From positions 51,956,001-52,020,000 of the forward strand of contig OZ296653.1 of the NCBI GenBank assembly GCA_965655095.1: a stretch of 64,000 bases of DNA, read 5' to 3'. This DNA is from Haplodiscus bocki. Lineage: Eukaryota. Positions 53,918 to 64,000 of the stretch are shown here, piece by piece. Position 1 is the stretch's first letter. Each line of letters begins with the position of its first letter. Position numbers and translations under genes: made by a program. The notes under the pieces are model-generated. The model was not told where the DNA came from, searched no databases, and saw only the letters and a list, made by a program, of their open reading frames with translations.

Positions 53918-55149
53918 TGCCAGTACTCATTCATTGACGTCTGAAAATACTGTAATCACTGCCAGAGCATTGTTGAAAGACGGTTCGGCGAGCACATTTT
54001 CTAAATGGTTTGCAAAATTGAGTTGATTATGCCTTGCCTCCAAGCAAAACAATTCAATTCATGTTGCCTGTTTACCATTGACAGCTACTTTCACAGAAAT
54101 GCACATGTAAAAACCCCATTTTTTGAAACTCAAGTACTCGGCAATTTGAAATAGAAATACCTGAAATTTGATCAACAAACCAGCACATAAATTGCACGAT
54201 GAGGCCCTTTAAGGTTACCCTCTCTACAAGGCTCATCTGTGTAAATGCTGTAACTATTAAACAGGTTTGTGTGGACGAACTTCGCATAAGTACCACATAC
54301 ATGCATTTGTTCCACTAAAAGGCTTTAAAAATGCACCCCAGCCCAGCAAAATTACTCTTTCTGCAAACGATTGTTGTAGTTATTCAAGAGATTTCTTCAT
54401 CTTTATGCAAAAATTAAGAATTTAATCTTCGTTCTTATTAAAAACCTGAACAAGATTGATTGCAATCTCATTTGATTTACAAAATCCGTACAAACCTCAA
54501 AAAAGGAAAATGAACAACTCCAAAAGATGTTTCTGTGCTCTCTGCCAAGCTTGCTGCTCCTATACATCCTTTGAGAGAAATTTAGGAGAAGCGTATTAAT
54601 AATTTCATTAATCTTCTACCATAATAGATTAACTGATTAAGAGCATCACAAGTTCCTTATAAATAATCGAGTTCTGTTTTTCCTTCACAAGATATGCAAT
54701 TTGCTTGACTTTCAAGAATGAAAAGAAAAAGCCACCAGTTGAAATAACTTTGAAATAACTACAAGACAGTTGCGTATTGCATGTATTAATATTCCGCGGT
54801 ACCCAGATATCTTTTGAAAGAGTCCAAATCACTGAAGAGAATATTTTGCAGATTTGCGATAATTTGTTGGTGAAAAATTTTCGAAATTAAAAATTGAACG
54901 ATTTGGCCAGAATGGTGCTAGTGGCAAACTTACGTACCAAAAACACACCAAAGCCAGTAGATGATTTTCCTTCCATATTGAAAAATGTTATAAACGATCA
55001 TTAACATTCTTTTTAATTCGTTCGTATAAATAAGGTCCGTAATATTTCTCTTCACTCCTTTTCTGCGATGGAAATTTAGGTTTTTTTTTGAAAGCGGAAG
55101 ATGCCCACCCCGGTCGTACATGGGCGTTTTGTTTATTCAATCAATAATT

Positions 55150-55410
55150 ATGAATTAATTTTTGTCTAAATTTGGAAACGAAAATTTGAAAAGCTGCAAA
55201 CACTTTTTTCAAGGAGATTGGAACTACCTACAAACCTTTGAAGAACTATTCTCTTAATTATCAATTAATTTTCAACTAAATTTGGAAAGGAATATTTTGG
55301 AAAGCTATAAATATTTCTTTTCCGGAGATTGGAACTACCTACATACTTTTGAAGAATTGTTCTCATAAATATTAATTAATTTTAAACTAAATTTGGAAAT
55401 GAAATATTAA
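55150..55410. repeat. ~110-bp tandem duplication, ~2.3 copies
   Basis: Repeated ctaaatttggaaa...ggagattggaactacctaca...ttgaagaa. Confidence 0.8.
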
Positions 55411-57299
55411 ACAAGCCAGGAAGGTTGAAGACGCCGCTTCTCGCACGGTTCAAAATATGAGAGTATCACAAAATTTTGGGTACTTGGTTTTGGAGAAAAA
55501 AAATTGTATTCTTCTACGGATTAAGTTACGTTTGCAAGCTTTGGGTTGTTATTTCCATGACGACCGAAAGCCTAGGACCCCAATACTATCTGTAGAACTT
55601 CTGTAGAGTTTCGTCGATTTCTAGGTCTTAAAAAAACAAAAGCCAATCTAATAGTCGAGCAGATATTTTTCTTCGAAAGACATGTCAACTAACAATTGAA
55701 CTTTTCGGTTGGAAAAGGAATCCTGTCGAGCAAGTTGAATGAGAAGTTAAAGACGCAAATTTGTTCAAATTGATACTTTGAAAGACAATTTGGTCATCAA
55801 TTTTGGAAAAAAATGAATTACTTATAATCGAGTGTGATGCAAAATTTTTCAGCACTAAAATCACCGACGACATAACAACTTGTGGTCCCAACTTTTTGTC
55901 CCAATACCATCAAGAAAACGTTTCATCGGTGAATTTTTTGGACGTTATAAACGGACCAAGAGAAAGTCAATAAATCAATCGAGAAACTTTTAGTTTCGTC
56001 TAACTGGTGGGCCACACTAAGAAAGTTTTGGCACCTTTTCGACCCGCTACATAGAAAACATAGCACTCCAATACTAAACTGTAGAAATCATGGTGGAATT
56101 CGTGGATTTTCAAGTTCTTAAGGAACTAAAAGTAGACATTTTTCCTGAAAAAAAATTGGACTCATCTAATCTCGAACACGTATTTACATCTTAGGGCCCG
56201 ATTTGTCCCACCTTCTACTGGCCACTGGCCTTCTAAAGTACCAGTCACTCCACGTTGGGTGTGTAGAAAAATTTGTTAAACTTTGCCTATTTCAATAATC
56301 CTACCAGACAAAAAAACTTGAAAAAAAAACAAAAATCACTGTGTTAATCGGACACTTTTTTTATAAAAAGCGCCGACTGAAAACTGTGAACAAAAAACGT
56401 TTGTTCTGGTGATATGAACTGTTGCTGGCCGCCACCTATGAGGTTAAATTGTCGTAGTTTTGTTTACTCGTAGAATAACAGCATGCTAGAGCAACCTTGA
56501 CTCATTTGTGAACACCTTGCTCAATTCGAAGGGCGCCTTACAACTTTCCATCATTGGAAATATACGAGTAAAAATATGGTCGGGCGTTCAGTATTTGTCC
56601 TTATATAAAACGACATTCATTTGATTTAAAAACCTAATGAAATTTCCGTGACATAATGATAATCAGATAATATAAATCGACGTAATCCAGTTATAATATA
56701 TCGAATGATTTCAAAATTTTCTGCCGAAAATTACAACTATGTCAACAATAGGCCTGAAGACTTGATGATAACTTTCAAAAACAATCATATCCAAGGCTCA
56801 TTCAATAGTACCGATTGCATCACTCAAAATAAAACTGATTGTTTTGACGTCATTTCGTTATGACGCTGTAATTTCTATTGATATATGCTGGGTAAAAGTA
56901 AAAAGAGGCGCGGTCGCACTGCAATATTTTCCATCAAAGCAGCGTAGAATTGATTGATTTAACAAACAACAAAAAAAGTTTTACAAGAAACCCTCTTTCG
57001 AGATAAAAAAAAAGAGTTGTCGATGGAGACCTTCATGGAAAAATTCAAGCTGGTAGCTTTAGACAACTCTGAGTTTGGAAACGAATAATTAACATTTTTA
57101 ATAATACTCATTTTTGGTCAGTCAAGATTCTATTCCAAGTAACAGAATCAGTCATTGTTTAATCCACCAGTCATCTATTCCTATAAAAATTCAGACTTTG
57201 ACAGAGGAAATCAAAGCTGTAGTTTTTAAGAAGATACAAAATCAAGATGTGTCTATACTACAAGCACTATTGACTTTTTTGACATATCGGGATTCCCAT

Positions 57300-58750
57300 T
57301 GCAATGTAGGAGACATTTTTTTTTGATTTTTAAAAGCAAGTAGTCCTCTGTCACTAAAAAGTTTTTGACTGACACCTTGATGGAGAAACGAAACAGCACA
57401 GTTGAAGAAATATAGGTTTGAACTTCGAGGTACGTCAAGACTAATAGTACTTTTTGGCATTTTTGATCCGTCAAGTCTCCAAAACGTAGACCAAAATTCA
57501 ACGATTCTTCATTCAAAAACTCCAAGAGAATTTAAAAAACTCTAAATTGAACCTTTTCAGAAAGGAACAGGTCAGTAGTTTTGAAAAACACGAGTTTAAA
57601 AACAAAGAACGGTCCGTGTTAAAAAATAGTTTCGGTTCCCGGACAATCAGGATTACAATGCAAAAAACAGGATTGACAGTTTTTTACCTGCAACTCTCCC
57701 AAAAGCAAAGCCATTTTGACTGTGACCTTGGTGGAAGAAGTCATGCCTATAGTTAACAAGAAAAATGAGTTTGAAAACAAACATAAAACTTGATTATTAA
57801 CTCTTTTTGGAACATCGGACCATCAGTTATCTGAAGCAGGCAACCATATACAGGGTTGTTAGGCCAAATATTTCACTGCAAAATTGGGGTTTTCGAATCA
57901 GACGTCGATGAGAGCAATGAGTTCTTTAAAGATAATAAAAAAAGAGTTTGAATAATGAATTGAATTAAAAGCACCCCTTGGACTTTCAGAAAGTTGATGG
58001 TGGAAACTAAATCAACAGGTTTTGCAATGAGTTTTCTCTATGAGTCCCAAATTTGGGATTGAGGCCTTGAGGGAAGAAATTATGTCAGTACCTATGGAGC
58101 AACAAGAGTTGAAATATCGAGATTAACCTCTATAAAAAGCATCTATGACATTTTTTTGGATTATCAGACTTCCCGAGAAGGGAAGAAAATCAATGGTTCT
58201 CCCATTGATTACTTTTTAATTAGTTTTAGGTTTTCAATTGAGACCTTGAATAAAAATTCAAGTTGTTTTTTTTAAAGAAAGTGTTTGAATATCGAGATCA
58301 ATTAAAAAAGAAATCACTTTTTGGAATTTTCGGAACATCAGGGTTTTGAGGCAAAAATAAAATGAAAGATTTCCTCTTTGAATTTTCCTGTACTAATCAC
58401 AAGGTTTCGCTTGAAAGGTGGATGAAAGAAAATGAATTCTGTAGTAATTGGATGAAAGAGTTTGGCCATCAAGATAAATTCATTCAATTAGCTCTCTTTT
58501 GGAAATTTCAGAGTATCAGGATTCTGATGTACGGAACAAAGTGATGAATTTTCCTAGGTAACTCTGCTCTTTTTGTCCGAACCGTTCCGTTGAAACATTG
58601 AAGGAAGAAAACAGGAAAACAGGCCGGTCACAGAAAGAGAAGAGTTTGAATAGCTTCGAAAAATCTTTGATCAGAGCAGTTTTTGGAGTGTCTGTGCAGT
58701 CAGGATTCTGGAGCAAGGAAATAAAACGCTAATTTCTCAACCCAAGAGCT
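57300..58750 (+). mobile_element. Possible Polinton/Maverick protein-primed polB relic
   Basis: Collinear remnants GGRSHA (~57735), NQ-GFAMS (~58010-58032; cf. NNLYGWAMS), SDFP (~58170) and ILMYGT (~58525; cf. LLYTDTDS). Confidence 0.35.
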
Positions 58751-59261
58751 GAATATAAGCACAAAGCTCTCGATTGAGAATCTTATGACAAAGAGGTGAC
58801 TCTGTGGTTTTGCAAAAAAAATGTGAGTCAAGATCAAGCGTATTCTTTGCTTTTTGGGTCCTCCGGCAGTCCCTCAATCTAGAAATTACTGAACCATATG
58901 CAGCAGCACATAAATAATCCACAAAAATTAGTAAATTTTGCCCACAAAAACTGAGATAATGAAGAAACAGGTACCAAAATTTGAAGAATAATCCTTGCTA
59001 CATTTAAAATTGATTTTTTCAAAAGACTGATAAACCATTTCTTCGCTTTTTTTAAAGCGAATCAAAAAACGTTCGCCGAAGGTTTCAAAAAAAACAATGA
59101 AAAAATGATTTGTTTCAGTTACGTTGAAAAATGAATTTTTCAAAAGAAAACTCCCATCTATCAAAAACACCTAATTTTTATCCAGAAAACATTGTTTTTT
59201 TGCTATGAGAAACAAAAATGTTTTACCAAGTATCTGAGAATGTGTAAATAAAACTAGGCTG

Positions 59262-59322
59262 ACAGTGGGATGCGAACCCTCTACACCCGGTTACCTAAGC
59301 GCACTGACACCCCACATGGCTG
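59262..59322 (-). ncRNA. tRNA-like or SINE-head relic
   Basis: Minus strand ...gtagaGGGTTCGCATCCCactgtc resembles a T-arm/B-box. The remainder is decayed. Confidence 0.3.
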
Positions 59323-61134
59323 TATTATGCAAGACACCAACGATTATGCTCTTCAACAAACGAAGTCTTCACTTCAAGGGCAAAATCAGATAAGTGAAAG
59401 AAAACCGACTACTGAATTAAATATTTCCATGTCGGATCTTTTTGGGACTGAAATTCTTGAAGAAAATTGTAAATTGAAATCGACCACAAAAACTAATATG
59501 TTCATATTCAGATTTTTGTGGTGAATCTTGCATTCAAATTTTTCAAAACGGGGACAGATGGGCGTTCTCATAGTGTTTACAGAAACAAATGTTGTAAAAA
59601 ATGAATATGAGAATTTCATGCCACGGAAATTGAAAAAACTTTCGCTCTTGACGATTTCAATTTGTATTAGGACGATGGTAATATACCTACTAAATATCTA
59701 TAATGCTTGCTAATTAAAATTTTGTCATCAGAATTTAATTTAGACGCTTTCCCGATTCTTTGGTGAAAAACGACTGTTTTGTACCTCATGAAATTGGTGG
59801 TTGCAACCAGTTTCCGCAACGAGCGGTTTTGTAACCTTTTTGAAAGTGGATATTTTGTTTCTATAAAAGTAGGCAGTTTTTTCCTGCTCCACCAAAGTTT
59901 TTGAGCAAAAAACTGGGAGCGGCCTAAGTCGGCGCTGCTCGGAAGTTTCAAAATTTTGTGAGGCCGGGATCTTATTGTGGTATTGAAAGTTCCGCTCAGA
60001 TTTTTTTGGGAAAGATTTTGGGGTTTAATTCTTTTCCACGTTTTTACTTCAGCAAGGAAAACTTCTTACAACCGGCACACGCGTGTTCACGTGAACCTGC
60101 CAGTTGCAGAATTCAGGCAAAAACTTTCGTAAACTTGATTTCTTAAAAATTGTTTTTCACTAGAAGGACGCTACAACTTTCCAATAGAAATTCGAAACTC
60201 CATATGTCTTGAATTAGACGCTTTTATAGCTTACATGATAATCGTTGTCTTTTTGTTAGAACAAATTTACGCTCCTATTTATTGTTGGTTACAATTATGA
60301 TGTACAATTGTTAAAGGTTTTGGAAAAATTGCTAATTTCCAAGAAGGGTAATCTACAGTTTGGACTCAATTCTTCTTCTGTCCCAAATTGGTGTCTGGTC
60401 CGAAATTTTGCATCACGTCAACGTTCCCCAAGAAATCGGCTTAAAAGCAATTGATTAACAAATTTGACCTCAGAGTCTGTTTAATTGAACTAATGTGTTT
60501 TGTTTCGTTTTCCAAAAAAATGGAACGTTTTCCATGATCGTTTTTGTAATTGAATGCAAAAAGGAATACACAAAAATTTTCGCAAACTTGTAAAAAATAC
60601 TGTCAAAGTTTTGAAACGCGGAGGGAAACCGCAAAACTTCGTTCTGCGTACTAAAAAGTTTCCGAAACGGTATTTATCATTTCCTAAAGTGTTTGGACTT
60701 TTCGTGGTTGTCAGTCAGGAACTTGGCTTGAACAGCAATTTTTCCTGAAACTTTTCAAGAAATTCTGAAACTTCTAAGACTTCGTAGAAAAACAAAGTCA
60801 AAAAAGTTTCACAGGAGAAACAACTTTCCAAGCAATAGCCTGAATGAGGTTCGAAGCTAATCGTGAAATTCACAAAGTCCTCTAAAACAGAATGTTCATT
60901 CAGTTGGTGTTGGTGGAGCGAAATTTGGTTAGTATGACTTCCCAATTGTTTGTTGATAATCTAGTTGCTATGGAGGCACGGCGCTGAGCAGACAAGCAAT
61001 TAAACAGAAACTACCAAAAATGAAGCAAAAAGCGGAAAAGTAATGAAAGTGAAGGAATACTTCATTTTTGTTGGTCATGGAATTGTCATTTGTGAGAAAA
61101 AGACTGTGAATTGACTCAAGAAGTAATCACTTGC

Positions 61135-61821
61135 TATTTGGCGCTGTGTTTTCTAGAATATGGAAAGCAAAATCTTCCTCTCAAACAGGTGCGTTTCAAT
61201 ACCCGATGTTTGCCAATTGACCTCGCGCTAAAAATGATGTTGGCTCGCGTGAAATTTTTTGTGCCAAAACTGCCAAAATAACCAAAGGGGCCAAAATGGT
61301 CAATATGGCCAAAATGGTCAATATGGCCAAAATGGTATATATGGCCAAAATCTTCAATATGGCCAAATTGGCCAAAATCTTCAATATGGCCAAATTGGCC
61401 AAAATCGCCAAATTGGCCAAAATGGCCAAAATTGCCAAGGTCGCTGAGATTGCCAAGATTGCCGAGATTGCCAAGATTGCCGAGAATGACATAGTTATAT
61501 TTCTCAAAACGTTCAAAATTTGAGTCCTTTTTTTGAAAAAAATGGGTTTTTCGAAAAAAAACTGGAGTTTTAGTCGAAATCGCTAAAGGTGGCTAATTTG
61601 CTGTAGAATGCGTATCAAAAAGTTTTATTTCTTAAAAATGTATTCCGCACTATTTATGAAGTTTTTGAAAAAAAATCAGAAAATTTTTTTGATCGTTGGA
61701 AAAATTAAAAACTATGATGAAGAGTATTTTTTTGAGAAAAAAAAACGTTTTCATCTTTTTAAAAGCCATCTTTGGAAAAATGGGAAGGCGCAAAAAATGC
61801 CGGTGGTGGCCAGCCGTCTTT
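61135..61821 (+). mobile_element. Helitron-like subfamily B copy with a 9-bp-based minisatellite
   Basis: Same arms as other B copies, ends gccggtggtggccagccgtctt, central array at 61262-61485. Confidence 0.7.
61262..61485. repeat. 9-bp minisatellite (ggccaaaat/tgccaagat) with 18- and 27-bp higher-order units
   Basis: Direct tandem repeats. They generate the repetitive LAI/GQN/AKM ORFs in the ORF track. Confidence 0.9.
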
Positions 61822-62446
61822 TTAGTACATCATCTTACACTTCTCTTGTTTAAAAGTTTGATACTCAAACTTCTAAATTTCGTCTTTGCCTAGCTATTTG
61901 CTTTTTATCGGTCGCTCATTTCATGATGAAGGACTTTCTTTTTCATTTTTTGTACTAATTCGATTGTTGAAGCAAACAATGTTTCTTGTCACACGAAACT
62001 TCAGTAAAACTGAAAGAATAATAGAAAGCTTGAATATTCTGAGATTTGATTACTTGACTGACGAAATTGAAGAGAATGGGCACAAAAGTCAACTTTATAC
62101 CTAAAAATGAATAAAACTGTGCAAAAACTGGACGAAAACCACTTGTTCTCCGCTCCAAATGGAAAAATTCCAATTGCTAATTTTGTTAAATATGAAGAGA
62201 CACGAGATTAATTATAACCTGGCAATGACTAAAAAATGACCACCAAACTTGACCTACCTCATCACAGGAACTAATACTTGTGATATTTAGTTTTTCCTTT
62301 TAAGGAATTCTTTATAACTGCTAAATATCCAACTTTAGCAATTGCGCAAGATTTTAAACACTCCAGGGCATTGCGTTGTTCAAGCGTATAAAGGCATTTT
62401 TCTTTGTTCACAAATTCTAAGGGTGAAACATTTTTTAAGGAATCGG

Positions 62447-63201
62447 ACCGGGTTGACCACCCACCCAGGGATGACACAGGGCATTCTTAGTAAGACAGGG
62501 ATGGGATACAGGGGAACGAGCGATGACTTTGTACAGGCCCAGGGATGCACACATGGTTTAGTAAGTTATCCCTGGGCGCAGCCCTAGGACCGTAGTAAGT
62601 AATCTTTGGGCCTGGCCCTAGAACCGTAGTTAGTTATCCCTTTGCTCAGTGCGTACACATAACATAATTGTGCTATTCTGATAATTTATGCATTTCGCCA
62701 AAAATCAAAAATAATCAACCATTGGAGGTGAAATTCGATGGACTTTAAACCTGTTGAAGCTATTTTGTCAACGAACAAGTTTAAAAGTATCAAGAATGAG
62801 GAATTTTCTGAAATCATATGTATTGTAATGCTTTAAGTGGTCTGAATAAAAATACAGAATGAAACAATTTTTCCCTAAGTTACCTTTTCTTGCCCTTTTG
62901 GAGAAGATCATTTTTGTCATTTTCTGAACCGATGCGAAACACTTGGTTCTGAATCGACTGTTAGATTCTTACTATATTTTTGTAGAGGAAAACACAGAAC
63001 TTAGAAAAAAGCATCTTGATCCCAAAATTTCTGCGATGGAGTATTCTTACTGCGGTGCATCCCTGGGCACAAGGTATTTTTACTACGGCCATCCATGCAC
63101 CCAGGGCTTCCTTAACAAGTGTTTGTTACGGCTTTTGCTAGGGACAGAGCTGCGGTACAGGGCTGTGCTGTAGTAAGTTATCACTGAGGTGGTTAATCCG
63201 G
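62447..63201. mobile_element. Old MITE-like element with imperfect TIRs and subterminal repeats
   Basis: ccgggttgaccacc and ggtggttaatccgg are inverted. The GC-richer ends carry repeated cgtagtaagttatccctggg motifs in both orientations around an AT-rich core. Confidence 0.45.
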
Positions 63202-64000
63202 GGGAGATAAAGGACACCAGGAAGGTTCAATGTAGTTTATAGTTCTCAACAATGTCATCAGGTGTTCTTTTCAAAACTCTTTAAACTCTTTTGGCAATCG
63301 TGCATTTCAAGTACATTGGATCGAGACAAAGAAATTATTTTCTCTGACAATATACCAAAACATTCATTCAGACTGACTGGATTTTGATGACGTCCAAACA
63401 TCAGAATTTTAATATTTTTTTGTCGAAAGAAACGGTGCACTTCAACTGCTGTCTGAAAATATTTTAATGTGAATGCAATTTGAACTGAAGTGATCTTTTG
63501 AAAAATGCATTTCCTCGACGTAAAAAGTGCTTCAAAAGAGAAACCCTCGCAAGAAACAAACAAAAACGGGGAAAAATGGCGCCACCCAAAAGTTTGAAAT
63601 ATAATAACAATAAGCATAATTATTCCATCTCATCGGTTCTTCGTCGAACAAAAGTGCGCTCAATTTACAATAGTGTGAACAACAAACTTTTGAATTATTC
63701 AAAAAAACGGATTGGACCCAATCGCTAATTGAGACGGAATCATTTGGTATGTATTAGAGAATCGTTAAAATTTTTTTTCTGGACCGATAAGCGGTGGATT
63801 TCAAACCCAGAAGCTATTTCACTGAATCGTTATCAGACATTAAAGGGAAAAATTTAAAGTCTTAATAGATGCTGTGAACGATTTTTAGCTATGCAAGCAA
63901 CTTGAAGTAACTTCACACGGTTTTTTGGCACATTTAATCAAGCGTTCGGTCTTTCATCTATTTTGGATCCCAGCAGTCACTTTTTAACTCTTATTTTCCC

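Noticed and set aside
61196-61523. Repetitive LAI/GQN/AKM proteins that look like antifreeze or collagen-like proteins
   Set aside because: They are open in several frames on both strands because the unit is a stop-free 9-mer inside a dispersed repeat.

Overview
AT-rich animal genomic DNA with spliceosomal introns, two assembly gaps (13105-13297, 46084-46283) and no prokaryotic features. Nearly all ORFs in the six-frame track are spurious or transposon debris. The one clear host gene is an alpha-neurexin-like gene on the minus strand. Three phase-compatible GT-AG exons (24132-24284, 20563-20762, 14207-14449) encode most of a laminin-G/LNS domain and the following EGF domain. Two candidate mini-exons (32923-32968, 28202-28240) would complete the start of that LNS domain. 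Its multi-kb introns and flanks are packed with transposons: a young 5'-truncated I-group LINE, tandem eroded BEL/Pao elements, Gypsy relics, a LINE relic split by a Helitron-like insertion, probable Polinton polB relics and MITEs. There is also a family of non-autonomous Helitron-like elements that share a GCCGG-N6-CCGGC-CGTCTT terminus but carry different central tandem arrays, and one subfamily has a tRNA-like head. A degenerate hammerhead ribozyme sits in a Penelope-like context at about 39.6-39.7 kb. I found no convincing wholly new biological system. The best leads are the modular Helitron-like family, the hammerhead with a competing hairpin, and the mini-exon architecture of the neurexin. 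All homology calls come from motif recognition by eye, not database searches.
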